From assembly GCA_963817365.1 (NCBI GenBank), contig CAWFNZ010000004.1, forward strand, positions 1,983,818 to 2,047,817: a stretch of DNA of 64,000 nt, read 5' to 3'. The notes under the pieces were generated by a model. That model was not told the origin of the DNA. It saw nothing but the letters and a program-made list of their open reading frames with translations, and made no database searches. The stretch comes from an uncultured Alphaproteobacteria bacterium. Its GTDB lineage: Bacteria > Pseudomonadota > Alphaproteobacteria > Rhizobiales > Rhodomicrobiaceae. This document shows positions 51,616-63,250 of the stretch, one piece after another (within the stretch, counting starts at the first letter, position 1; each line of letters opens with the position of its first letter). The translations under genes and the position numbers were made by a program.

Positions 51616-52752
51616 ATGGAGCCCGGCGGCGAGGCATTAAAGGATGCGGCCCGGCACATCGCGGCCGTCGCTTCTGGAGACTCCGCGGAGCCCATTGCCC
51701 TTCTTCCAGGACAGGACGAGGCGCTTGCCGCGGCGATCGAGGCGGTCAATTTGCTGGTCGCCAATTTCAACGTCCTAAGGGAGTTCTCCATTGCCTTGGC
51801 CAACGGCCGCATCGATTTCGAAGTGCCGCCCCGGATGCACCTTCTCGATCCACTCAAATCGCTGCAATCCAGTCTGAAACATCTGACTTGGCAAACCCAG
51901 GAAGTGGCGGCCGGTCATTACGGCCAGCAGGTCGACTTCCTGGGCGAGTTTTCCGTGGCCTTCAACGGGATGGTCCGCGCCTTGCGGGAAAAGGACCAGG
52001 CCGAGCGGGAGGCGAGGAAACTGCTTCAGCAGCGTACTGCCGCCCTGGAAGAGGCCAACAAGGAGCTGGAATGGTTCTCCTATTCAGTGTCCCACGATTT
52101 GCGGGCCCCCTTGCGGGCCATCGACGGTTTCTCGCGCATGCTAAGGGAAGAATACGATAGTCAGCTTGGCGAGGAAGGCCGCCGGTATGGCGAAACGATC
52201 AGCCGCAGCGCTGAGCACATGGGTCAGCTGATCGGCGATATTCTCGACTTCTCCCGCATGTCGAGGCACGAAATAGCGATGACGCCGGTGGACATGACTG
52301 CGCTTGCGTTGGAGGTTTACGTGGAGGTGCGCGGCACCGCCCCGGCGGAAAGGGCCATCGTCTTGCATATAGGCGATCTGCCGCCGGCGCGCGGCGAGCG
52401 GGCCATGCTCCACCAGGTCTGGGTCAACCTTATCTCCAACGCCGTCAAATATACCCGTCCCCGGCCCGAAGCGGCCATCGAGGCGGGCGGCTCCACGGCC
52501 AACGGCGAAAACACCTATTGGGTGAAAGATAACGGCGTGGGTTTCGACATGGCGTGTGCGGACAAGCTGTTTGGCGTGTTCCAGCGGCTGCATGGCGACG
52601 GGGAGTTCGAAGGCACCGGCATCGGGCTTGCCATCGTCAAGCGTATCGTCACGCGCCATGGCGGCAGGGTCTGGGCGGAAAGCAAGCCTGGCGAGGGCGC
52701 AATATTCTATTTTGCCTTGCCCGCGGGGAAAGAGGAGCAAGCCCCCGCCTGA
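51616..52752 (+). CDS. Cytoplasmic sensor histidine kinase (HAMP-like, HisKA, HATPase)
   Basis: FSYSVSHDLRAPL H-box, NLISNAVKY, VKDNGVGF, LFGVFQRLH, GTGIGLAI; no transmembrane segment. Confidence 0.92.
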   Translation: MEPGGEALKDAARHIAAVASGDSAEPIALLPGQDEALAAAIEAVNLLVANFNVLREFSIALANGRIDFEVPPRMHLLDPLKSLQSSLKHLTWQTQEVAAGHYGQQVDFLGEFSVAFNGMVRALREKDQAEREARKLLQQRTAALEEANKELEWFSYSVSHDLRAPLRAIDGFSRMLREEYDSQLGEEGRRYGETISRSAEHMGQLIGDILDFSRMSRHEIAMTPVDMTALALEVYVEVRGTAPAERAIVLHIGDLPPARGERAMLHQVWVNLISNAVKYTRPRPEAAIEAGGSTANGENTYWVKDNGVGFDMACADKLFGVFQRLHGDGEFEGTGIGLAIVKRIVTRHGGRVWAESKPGEGAIFYFALPAGKEEQAPA

Positions 52753-52932
52753 TCTGGCGCAAGAGGCGGAAATTCCGCTACTGCGCAGGCTTCCACACGC
52801 CTGCATGACCGGTCTTCAACCGGCGGCGGCCACTGGCGGCCTCGCGATGACGGAGATCGCAGCCGACCCCGCAGGCTGGCCGCATCGCCTTATAGCAATG
52901 GCAGGAAGTCCTGACCGCTCCGGCACACTCGC

Positions 52933-53031
52933 CGTCATCGCGAGACGGTCTTGGCCGCCGTGGCAATCCAGAAACAAGCGTTGTGTTTGTTGCTTCGGGA
53001 TTGGTTCGGGGCTTCGCCCCTCGCAATGACG
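52933..53031. repeat. Palindromic intergenic repeat (CGTCATCGCGAG...CTCGCAATGACG type)
   Basis: 12-bp terminal inverted repeat (11/12). Confidence 0.6.
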
Positions 53032-53061
53032 CAGAACGGTCGAAACTTAAGGCGATCGGTA

Positions 53062-56000
53062 TTAGACGCCGAGCCGCCCGCTGATGTGAGCCAGCACGAA
53101 ATACACGCGTCCGTCATCCGAGCTGAGCCGGGACTGCACGGCGTTGCCGCGCGGATCGGAACGGCTCACGTCTTGCAGCATCTTCTCGAAGTCGGCCAGA
53201 TACCGCTCCACGACGCCCCGGAAGTTCTGGTCGGTCTCATAGCGGCGCTGGACGCGCTCCACCACCGTCTGCGCCTGACGCGAATAGAAGCCGCGCTGCT
53301 GCAGAACCTCGGTTTCGCCGCGCTTCAATCTGGACCAGATGTCCATAACCCGCCGCTCGTCGATGCAAGAGGCGATGTCGCTCATGCTGAAGTCCAATTC
53401 GCCAGCATCGTGCTGCGGTACGGCATGGTTGCCGCCCCGGGCCGGGGGAGGCGCCACAAGCGGCGGAAGGCCGTAAGAATTCGTCCTTCCCCGAAAAGCC
53501 CGTCTCGTCTTCCGATGCCCGTGCCAGCAGGTCGCCCAGAGACCACTGATTGCGCCGCTCCGTGGCTTGAGGCTCAGGGAACGAGGGGATCGGGGCAGGA
53601 ACGGGATCGGGCTGCTGGTAGGCCCTGGCGGGCTGCTGCGGCTCGCTCTGAGGCCAGACTTTCTCGGCCGGCGGCTGGCCGTACTCGTAGGACGGCCGCG
53701 GCGAAAACGCTGCATCGTGCGGGGGCAAACCCTGCGGCTGCTCGCGTACTGGCGGCTCGCCTCTTTGCTCAGGAGTTGACACGGCGGCCGTGTACGCGTG
53801 GCGGGTGGAGAGATCGGAAAGAGCGTCGAGTGCGGAAAGCTGATCCTGCAGCGCGCGCCTCATGGCGGTAGCGCTTTGCTTCGCGGTTTCCGGCAGAGCC
53901 TTCGCGTGGCGCTGAAGCTCGCTTTGCGCGGCTTCGAGGTCCACGGCGGCCCGCCGCGTCGTGTCGCGCACCACACGCGTCGTGTCGGAGAACTTCGACG
54001 AGAGGTTCGTAAGCTGATTGGAGACTTGGTCCGTGAGAGAGCTGAAATTCGCCTGCAGCTCCGATACGGCCTTTTGCGTATGAACCTGCGCGTCCGACCG
54101 CAATCGCTCGATCTCGCGGATAGCCACCTGCGATTTTTCCGCGGAGTCCTTGGCGAGGACCTCGGTAACTTTCCGCGCCCTAAGCTCCGCTTGGCTCAGG
54201 GACTGCTCCAGCATATTGGAGTAGGAATTCATCATGCGGTCGAGCTCTTGCGCCCGCGCGCCGACGTTTTCCATCAGCTTGTTGAACCCAACCTGACGCT
54301 GCTCCAACATGGCGTCGACCTTCGTGTTGGACATCTCGAAGGTGCGCGAAGCGTTGACAAGCGCGGCGCCCTGCTCCTCGAAGCGCTTGGTCAAGCCGCC
54401 GAGCTGGTTCACCAGCGTTGCGGAGACTTCCTTCAGAACGCGCGCCTGGCCGGAGAGCGCATCCGAGCCGCTCGACGAGCGGCTGGCCAGCTCTTCGACC
54501 GACCTCTGCAGGTTGGCCGAGTTCTGGGATACCACGCGCTCGATGGCGGCAGCCTGCCGGGCGAGAGTGTGCTCCATCGACCCCGCTTGCTTGTCGATCG
54601 TATCGCGGAGCGCCCCAGTATGCTGAGCAATCGAGGTTTCCATCGCCTGTGCGCGCTGGGCGAGCGTGGTGTCGAGCTGCTTGGTCCGCTCGGTCATGCT
54701 CACTTCGAAATTGTGCGTCCGCCGGCTCAAGATACTCTCAAGCGCCTGGATGCGCTCCGCCATCCCAGTGTCGATGCGCTGCGTATGGTCGTGCAGGACG
54801 GTCTGGAGAACCGAGGTACGTTCGCCAAGGGCCTGGCCGAGCGATGCCGTCTTTTCGGTAAGCGCCCCTTCCAGGGCCGACAGGTTGCGCGTCGCGCCCT
54901 CGATGATGGTGCTAAGGCGCGTCTGCTCGGTGCCAAGCTTATCGAGGATCGCCGGGATTTCCCGTCCAACCCGCTCGCTCATGCCTATGACGGACGTAAC
55001 GAGGCTATTGCCTTTGGCGGAGATAGCCGCGGCGGCGCGGTCGGAGCTTTCCTGAATGGCGCGCGTAACTTCAAGGCTCGACGTGCGCAACGATTCCGCC
55101 GCCTGCGCCCCATGCTTGACGAGTTGCTCGGTGATGCGTGCGCCGCGCTCGGCAAGTTTTTCGTCGATGGCCGATCCGGCCGCTGACACGGCGGCGGTGA
55201 TCTTCTGCCCGCGAGCGGCGAAAGTCTCGCTCATGGTAACGGAGGCGTGGCCGAGCGTCTGAGACGCCTTTTCGCTCGCGGCCGTGATCTCTCTTGTAAC
55301 CTGACTGCCGACGCCGCGCAGAGCCTCGCTCACGCGCTCGCTATTATTGGCCAGCGCCTCGCGCTCGCTCGCAAGTTCGTTGATGAGGTTCCTGATCCGG
55401 TTCTCGTTTTCCGAATAGGAACGCTCCAGCGCCGCGACCTCGTTATGGACCAGCGCCTCAAGCTCGCCCGCCCGGCCAAGAGCGCGGGAAATGGCGTCGT
55501 TCATCGCCGCGACCTGGCGGCGCACGGTCTGCCCCAGCGAGGCAACCGACTGCTCGGCCATGCGGTCGGGCTCGGCGAGCCGGACCGCGACCTCGGTCAT
55601 TGCCGATGACATCAGGCGCAGCTCTTGTGCGCGCCAGACGAGGATTGCCAGGAACCAGAACAGCGCAATCGGAATGGCCACGGTCGCGATAACCGCGACA
55701 ATGGCGGGATTGGCGAGCATGTCGGCGGTGCTGCCCGAGGTATCCATGGCCTTCTGGAAGACCGCATAGGATACGGCCAGCCCAAGCACGAACCAAACAG
55801 CGGAGGCGATAAGCGCAATAAGGAAGGGCGACCTCGACGGCCGCTGCTGAAGCGCGTAGATCAGCCCCCCGATGGAGGGCATGTCGTCATTGGCGGCGAC
55901 ATGCGGCCGCGCGGCACCTCCGCCACGCTTCTGCGTGGCGGGCCTGCCCCCAGCCGCCGGCGAAACCTGAACGGGATTGCCGGGCGTATCCGGAACACGC

Positions 56001-56176
56001 CGCGGCGATGGTGCCCGCCCGGCTGCAGCTCCTTGCCCAGGATTTTGCTGCGCGCCCTCTGCGCGCGTCCCAGCCCCCGCTTCCGTCTGAGCTTTTCCGC
56101 TCAGATTGTGCGGCTTTGCCTCATCTTCCGGAGTGAGATCGATGGGCGTCTGGGAGATCGCTTGTTTCTGGCTCAT
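53062..56176 (-). pseudogene. GPR/RgsE-like polar growth scaffold with apolipoprotein-like helical repeats; +1 frameshift at ~53475 (possibly a sequence error)
   Basis: AANDD, two TM helices, AMTEVAVRLAEP, LEALVHNEVAALERSY; conserved C-terminus RRYETDQNFRGVVERYLADFE...GRVYFVLAHISGRL lies in the next frame. Confidence 0.72.
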
Positions 56177-56623
56177 CAGGCCGTCCTGACCGTATATATA
56201 ATGTCCGAGATACCGCCAACGCCGCAAACCGATCGCCGGCGATCCCTCGCCGCAGCGTTACGCACAAACTCCAGGCAGCTCTTCATTGCTCCTCAAAAAG
56301 GCGCTTGAAAGCGCCCCGAAAAAACCCAGCCTGCGCCTTGGCTACTGGATTTTTGAGGCCAAAAAAAGATTGCCGGACACCTAAAATAAATCGTCCATCC
56401 AATGCCACATTCTTAAATCTCTGTTTCTCGTTGTGAATATTGTGATTCGCCACCTTTTCATTAACTACCGTTGCAGGTAGAGAAAAAACGCACAACTTTT
56501 TTTGCCCCTGGTGTAAATTTGCCGCGCCCTATGGCCTGGAGGGTGCAACTCCCTAAATTGCGGCTTTGAGTTTTGGACCGGTCTCCCTTAAATAATGGAG
56601 CCAGGGAACGATCTGACGGTGCG

Positions 56624-56944
56624 ATGGTGAAAATCACTTACATAGAAGATAACGGTACGGTTCATACGGTCGAGGGCGAGCCTGGCCAGACGTTGATGGA
56701 AACGGCGATAAAGCATGCGGTGCCGGGCATCGTCGCCGAATGCGGCGGGGCCTGCAGTTGCGCAACCTGTCATGTCTACGTCGATGAGGCGTGGAAAGCA
56801 AGGACGGGCGCGCCGTCGCCGATGGAAGAGGACATGCTCGATTTTGCATACGACGTGCGGCCGGGTAGCCGGCTGAGCTGTCAAATCCGGCTGACGCCCG
56901 AAATGGACGGCCTTGTCGTCCGCATCCCCGCGCATCAAAACTAG
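56624..56944 (+). CDS. 2Fe-2S ferredoxin (adrenodoxin/putidaredoxin type)
   Basis: [15 protein letters not shown]...SRLSCQI. Confidence 0.95.
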   Translation: MVKITYIEDNGTVHTVEGEPGQTLMETAIKHAVPGIVAECGGACSCATCHVYVDEAWKARTGAPSPMEEDMLDFAYDVRPGSRLSCQIRLTPEMDGLVVRIPAHQN

Positions 56945-56978
56945 GCCCCCGGAAAGCGCTGGCATCCGCACCGGCTGA

Positions 56979-58025
<1,047 letters not shown>

Positions 58026-58091
58026 CACTTCGCGGGACAGGGTGAGAGGCGTGACCTCCGGCCAAGGTACGCCTTTCGGCGATCGTGCGCT

Positions 58092-59873
58092 CTAGTTCAA
58101 GGTGTAGACGGCGCTGGCGCCCGCGCCCACGTCGGTCCGGCTCGCGGTCGGAGAGAAGGTAATGCCGGCGGAGAATCGCCAATCGCGATCCATGGACGTG
58201 TAGCCAGCGCCGGCGGCAAAGCCCGTTTGCCCGTCGTAGCCGGAGACGCCAATGCCAGCCGACAACTTTCCTCCCCTGTCGTCGAAGCGCATCATCCCCA
58301 GCGCCATGGCCGAGGCGATGCCGCCGCTCAACTCATTGAAGTTGGAGTTCACCTGGTTCCGGAGCTGGTTGACAGACTGATTGACGGCGTAGAGCTGCGA
58401 GCCGTTGATAGCCTGCGTGGATGAGGCGCTGACGAGCCCCGGAGCGACGTTGCTCAAGGTGACCTCGCCGCCGCCGCTGGCCGGATTGCTGAACACAAAG
58501 GTGTTCGAGGCAGGCGACTGCCAGCTCCCCGGCAACTGGCTCACATTCACCCCATCGGTGGGGGCAATGCCCGCGGCGACGTTATGCAGGAGGACCGGGC
58601 CGCCGGCGGTTCCACCTCCGGTCCCAACCAGAGTGACGTTGTTGCCGGGCACTTGCGGCGTGGGGTTGCCGGAGCTATCCGAATACTGCACCGGGCTCAG
58701 AATTTGCAACGCGGCGACGGCTCCGCCAACCGAGGTTTGGGTCGAGCCATAGACGGCGTAGCTTGGCGCCGAGATGCCGCTGCCGGCCGTATAAGTCGAG
58801 CCACCGGCAAGCGCCGCCGCAACCGTGGTTCCCGTGGCATTGCCGGCAGCCGCCACACTGTAGAGCTGCGAGCCGTTCACCGCGTCGGTCGAGGTGGTCG
58901 AAATCACGCCGGCCGCCACATTCTGGATTTGGCGCTCCGAACCCGAACTTCCAACGGAGACCACCGACGCTGGAGACGTTGCCGCCGCGGTGCCGCCGGT
59001 CATGTCGAACGTCCCCGTATGCGGCGCCGCCGTCACCGAGCCCGTGCCGAGTGCCACATCGTTGGCGTTGGCCGCGAGCGCGCCCGCACCTAGCGCGATG
59101 CCCCCAGCATACCCGGCGGATGAATTGCCGCCGATGGCGATCCCGTTATCGCCAGCGGCGGTCGCGACGCCTGAATTATTGGTGCCGATGGCGACGGAGT
59201 ATAGCCCGCTAGCGGTCGCACCGATACCGACGGCCACCGCGTTGACGCCGCTTGCTTGCGCCGCAAAGCCCAACGCGGTTGCGTTGGCTCCGGAAGCGTT
59301 CGCATAGGAACCGACGGCCGCGGCGTTATCGCCGCTTGCCTGCCCACTGTAGCCCAAGGTGGTTGCGTTGGCTCCGGAAGCAGACGAACCCCAGCCATAG
59401 GCCGAGGAATCCAGTCCCGTAGCCGCGGAGCCCGCGCCGGTGGCAGTCGAATTGGTTCCCGTTGCCGAGGCTCCAAAGCCAATCGCGGTGTTGGTTGCAT
59501 TTGAGCCCACACCATTGACGCCGGCTGTCGCACCGCTGCCCACCGCGGTGTCGCCACCATTATATGCCGACGATGAACCACCAACGGCAATCGAATTCGC
59601 GCCGTTCGCGGTTGCGGTGTCGCCGATCGCGACGCCGTCGGGGGTGCTTGCCGATGCGCCCTGCGTGTTGACTTGGCCTGGGCCAGAGATGGCGGTCTGC
59701 GCCGAAGCCGGCGTGCCGCCTGCGAAACAGAGCAGCAGCGCGGCCGCGGCGGCACCTGAGGCCGCTTTGCGAAGTGCCACAGCAGCCCGCGGCTTGTTGC
59801 CGGCCGCCCTTTGCGCGCGCCGCTCGACCGCGTTTATTCCGGGCTTACAGCCCAATTGTATGGAAATGCTCAT
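58092..59873 (-). CDS. Trimeric autotransporter adhesin (YadA-like)
   Basis: Extended signal peptide, xAxAxGxxA head repeats, RQIQNVAAG...STDAVNGSQL necks, C-terminal YadA anchor (GGIASAMA...SAVYTLN). Confidence 0.92.
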   Translation of the reverse strand: MSISIQLGCKPGINAVERRAQRAAGNKPRAAVALRKAASGAAAAALLLCFAGGTPASAQTAISGPGQVNTQGASASTPDGVAIGDTATANGANSIAVGGSSSAYNGGDTAVGSGATAGVNGVGSNATNTAIGFGASATGTNSTATGAGSAATGLDSSAYGWGSSASGANATTLGYSGQASGDNAAAVGSYANASGANATALGFAAQASGVNAVAVGIGATASGLYSVAIGTNNSGVATAAGDNGIAIGGNSSAGYAGGIALGAGALAANANDVALGTGSVTAAPHTGTFDMTGGTAAATSPASVVSVGSSGSERQIQNVAAGVISTTSTDAVNGSQLYSVAAAGNATGTTVAAALAGGSTYTAGSGISAPSYAVYGSTQTSVGGAVAALQILSPVQYSDSSGNPTPQVPGNNVTLVGTGGGTAGGPVLLHNVAAGIAPTDGVNVSQLPGSWQSPASNTFVFSNPASGGGEVTLSNVAPGLVSASSTQAINGSQLYAVNQSVNQLRNQVNSNFNELSGGIASAMALGMMRFDDRGGKLSAGIGVSGYDGQTGFAAGAGYTSMDRDWRFSAGITFSPTASRTDVGAGASAVYTLN

Positions 59874-60196
59874 ACTAAATTATCCTTCCCCGCTGGCAGC
59901 AGCCTACCGGACCTAACTTGTAACCCATTGAAATCATTGAAGCCTACCGAAGACGCGAATTTAGACATATTCCGCGATAACGAAGCGTTAGCGAATCCCA
60001 CCGCCTCGAGTCCGGCAGGCTGATAGATGCCCACGCGCAACTCATAAGCGAAAACGGCAGCTGATTGATGCAACCTATAAGGGTATTTACTAGCGAGTCG
60101 CTACCTGCTGGCGGGCGGGCCGTTGAACTTATCCAAGCAAAAACTTGCCACCTGTGTAAAATGGGCCAGAAACGGGCAGCCAAGGCAATTGGGAGG

Positions 60197-60892
60197 TTAG
60201 TTTTGCGTGGGGCCGCTGCTCGCCGAAGCCCTTATTGCGTCCGCGAAGCCGGCGCCATCGACAACGATGCCCATGGGGGAAGGCGGCCGGGCGGCCCGCG
60301 GCGTCAGCCAGAAACTCCGCGCCGGCAGCATCGAGTACCGTATCCGCAGCGTGCCGCCTGCCTGAAGCGCGCCTATTTGCGCCGGCGTCAGATTCCAGAG
60401 CGTCATGCAACCTTGCGCATCGCATGAGGGGAAGGCGAGCTTCAACGCCGCCTCGCTCCGCCGGGGCTTGCCGGCAGACTTCCCGCCGCCGGGCGCCTTC
60501 TCCCGAAGTGCCGCGCTTCCAGCCGGCAGACCGGCCACTACTTCGACGCCCTGGCTCAGTGCCACGCCATGCGGCAGGTGGATGAGCGCGGCCGGGCGGC
60601 CTTCGTCGCTCGTGGACACGATCAGCCCCGCAACCGGCAGGCCGGCCGCATCCGCTCCTATGGTGGATAGGCTGCAGAAACGCTGTTTCAGGCGGACGAC
60701 TTCGTCGCAAACGATGCGCCAAGACCGGAAATGGCCTTCGAGACGCCGAACCTCCCCCTCCTTGAAGACGCCGCGGTCGATGGCCTCGGTGGCGAAGGCC
60801 GAAGGCCCCGCTTGCGCCGGCTGGGCGCGCAACGGCGCCGGCACGGGCGTTAGCGCCGCCAAACAACTCAGAAGAATTAAGCGCCGAACCAT
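60197..60892 (-). CDS. IalB-family protein
   Basis: Signal peptide; FRSWRIVC, FCSLS, IHLPHGVAL, FPSCDAQGC, VDGAGFADA. Confidence 0.75.
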   Translation of the reverse strand: MVRRLILLSCLAALTPVPAPLRAQPAQAGPSAFATEAIDRGVFKEGEVRRLEGHFRSWRIVCDEVVRLKQRFCSLSTIGADAAGLPVAGLIVSTSDEGRPAALIHLPHGVALSQGVEVVAGLPAGSAALREKAPGGGKSAGKPRRSEAALKLAFPSCDAQGCMTLWNLTPAQIGALQAGGTLRIRYSMLPARSFWLTPRAARPPSPMGIVVDGAGFADAIRASASSGPTQN

Positions 60893-61268
60893 CGCAATCC
60901 AATATCCACTCAGGCCACGGCGCCCGGGCATTCAGTTCACGCACGACGCGGCAGCCACGGAACCGGCTCCGCGACGCTGCCACCCGCCCAGCATAGGATC
61001 GATCCCCGCGGCACGCAACGCAGGTTGCGTCGCCTGTCCAGGCTATCCATGGTTGTGTTTTCCGTCGCCGCGAGGCGGCTGGACCGCCGCGGACACCCCC
61101 CAACCCCAAAACGCACCCGCCGAGGCCATCCGGTGCCGCCGGAGCACCTTGCCAGCCCGGCAAAACAATATGTCGAGTACACCGCATTGCGATATTGCAC
61201 CGCGGGGCGTAAAACAAAGCTCGTGCTACGTGGGGCGGGACCGGATTCAACCCGGCTCCCGGGGGGGA

Positions 61269-62009
61269 ATGGTTTTCTCGTTGGATCGAACCTGCGACGT
61301 GATCAGCAGGCTGAGCCAGGCAGTCACCGCGCAGGAAATCTGCGATGGCGTGACGAGCTTCTCCGGCCGTTACGGCCTCACCCGGATGTGGGCGGCAAGC
61401 CTGCCCGCGTCCAATGAGCATAAAGTCGTCGTGCGGAGGCGGCATATGCTCATGGGGGCATTTCCACCCGGCTGGATGGACCAATATTTCACCCAGGATT
61501 ACGCGCATATCGATCCGATTGTCCGCCGCAGCAAGTGCGATCCCAAGCCGTTCCTGTGGTCCGAGGCCGCGCCGTTCGTGCGCGCGGATCACAGCGCCGT
61601 TGCCAGCAGGATGTTCGGCGAAGCCGCCGAGTTCAATCTCAAGGCGGGGTTCGTGGTGCCGATGGCTCCCCCTCGTGGAGAGGTTATCGCGGCGTCGCTG
61701 GGCGGCGAAGCTGCCGATGTTCCTCCGGAGGCTCACGGTATGATCGCCGTGATCTGCGCCTATGCGATTGGCCGCGCCATCGAGCTTCGCGACCGGGAGA
61801 AAAAACGCAGGCGCTCCGGGCTCACGACGCGCGAGGTGGAATGCCTGAAGTGGGCCGCCGACGGCAAGACCGAGTGGGAAATCAGCGCGATCCTGAGCAT
61901 TTCCGAGCATACGGCCGACAAGCATCTGGCCAACGCGCGCCGCAAGCTTGGCGCCGCAAATCGCGCCCAGGCGGTGGCAAACGCCATCCGCTGGGGCATC
62001 ATTACCTGA
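61269..62009 (+). CDS. LuxR-family AHL receptor, copy 1
   Basis: GWMDQY...IDP...PFLW ligand-binding residues; LTTREVECLKWAADGKT HTH; G-rich RBS. Confidence 0.93.
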   Translation: MVFSLDRTCDVISRLSQAVTAQEICDGVTSFSGRYGLTRMWAASLPASNEHKVVVRRRHMLMGAFPPGWMDQYFTQDYAHIDPIVRRSKCDPKPFLWSEAAPFVRADHSAVASRMFGEAAEFNLKAGFVVPMAPPRGEVIAASLGGEAADVPPEAHGMIAVICAYAIGRAIELRDREKKRRRSGLTTREVECLKWAADGKTEWEISAILSISEHTADKHLANARRKLGAANRAQAVANAIRWGIIT

Positions 62010-62059
62010 CAGTGCCGGGACACCCGCCCGGAAGCCGTCAAGACTTCTGGCCAACGGTT

Positions 62060-62075
62060 TTACGCGATCGCGTAA
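62060..62075. promoter_or_regulatory. Palindrome upstream of the luxI remnant (lux-box-like)
   Basis: TTACGCGATCGCGTAA, perfect 16 bp. Confidence 0.5.
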
Positions 62076-62146
62076 TGGTTCAGCGTTCCAACCTGTGCTG
62101 AATCTCCACTGGGGCTCTCCACTGTGGGCTTGCGGTGGTAGTATGA

Positions 62147-62295
62147 ATGATTTATGCCGTCTCAGGCTAGGACGCTGGGCGCTACTCAGCCCTCATGCGG
62201 CAGGATTACCGGCTGCGGGCTTTTGCCGAGGAGTCCAGCAGGAGATTTTTTGCCGATGCGGAGCGTCTTGAGCGCGGCCAGCTCGAGCGGCCAGA
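62147..62295 (+). pseudogene. Decayed 5' fragment of luxI
   Basis: ATGATTTATGCCG...GGACGCTGGGCGCTACTCAGC...TACCGGCTGCGG...TTTTGCCGAGGA...CTTGAGCGCG aligns with luxI 63251-63400, with indels. Confidence 0.85.
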
Positions 62296-62301
62296 TTCCG
62301 G

Positions 62302-63048
62302 ATGGTCATGGTTCTCTCGTTGGATCAAACCTATGACGTAATCGGCAGGCTAAGCCGGGCGGTCACCGCGCAGGACATTTGCGACGGCCTGACGAGCTTC
62401 ACGGGCCGCTACGGCCTGACCTCGATGATTGCGGGCAGCATGCCGCAGCCCCATGAGCATAAGCCGCATATGCAGAGGCGGCATCTCCTTGTATCGGCAT
62501 TTCCGCCCGGTTGGATGGACCGTTATGTCAGCCAGGATTACGTTCACATCGACCCCATTATCCGCCGCTGCAAGTGCGATCTTTCGCCATTCCTCTGGTC
62601 CGAGTTCGAATCCTTTATGCGCCGGGAGCACACCGCCCTTACCGGCAGGATGTTCGGCGAAGCTGCCGAGTTCAATCTCAATGCTGGGTTCACGGTGCCG
62701 ATGATCGCCCCCGGCGGCGGCGTTCTGGCGGCGTCGCTGGGCGGTGAGGTGGCCGATGTTCCTCCAACCGCCCGGGGAATGATAGCCATGATCTGCGCCT
62801 ACGCGATCGGCCGCGCCATCGAGCTTCGCGACCGGGAGAAAAAGCGCGAGCGCTCCGGGCTGACATCGCGCGAGGTGGAATGCCTGAAGTGGGCCGCCGG
62901 CGGCAAGACCGAGTGGGAAATCAGCGCGATCCTGAGCATTTCCGAGCATACGGCCGACAAGCATCTGGCCAACGCGCGCCGCAAGCTTGGCGCCGCAAAT
63001 CGCGCCCAGGCGGTGGCAAACGCCATCCGCTGGGGCATCATTACCTGA
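62302..63048 (+). CDS. LuxR-family AHL receptor, copy 2
   Basis: Same motifs as copy 1; HTH-coding 3' end almost identical to it. Confidence 0.93.
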   Translation: MVMVLSLDQTYDVIGRLSRAVTAQDICDGLTSFTGRYGLTSMIAGSMPQPHEHKPHMQRRHLLVSAFPPGWMDRYVSQDYVHIDPIIRRCKCDLSPFLWSEFESFMRREHTALTGRMFGEAAEFNLNAGFTVPMIAPGGGVLAASLGGEVADVPPTARGMIAMICAYAIGRAIELRDREKKRERSGLTSREVECLKWAAGGKTEWEISAILSISEHTADKHLANARRKLGAANRAQAVANAIRWGIIT

Positions 63049-63172
63049 CTGCGCCACGGAGCCGCGAAGCCAGGTCCGCAACCCGGCGCCAGGCCATGGA
63101 CGCCCGCGGCGGTGAAGGCCCGCTCGCGATGGCGGGGTGACGGCGCCGCAGCGGTCAAGATTTCTGGCCAAA

Positions 63173-63196
63173 ACCATTACGTGATCGCGTAATGGT
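63173..63196. promoter_or_regulatory. lux-box-like palindrome upstream of luxI
   Basis: ACCATTACGTGATCGCGTAATGGT, 11 of 12 pairs; 54 bp before the ATG. Confidence 0.6.
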
Positions 63197-63250
63197 TCAG
63201 CGTTCGAACCCGTGATGAAACTCTACTGGGACCAAGCGGGGGCGGTGCCA

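Noticed and set aside
60129-62054. 641-aa minus ORF and the 534-aa extension of luxR1
   Set aside because: Antisense or overlap artefacts; luxR1 aligns with luxR2 only from ATG 61269.
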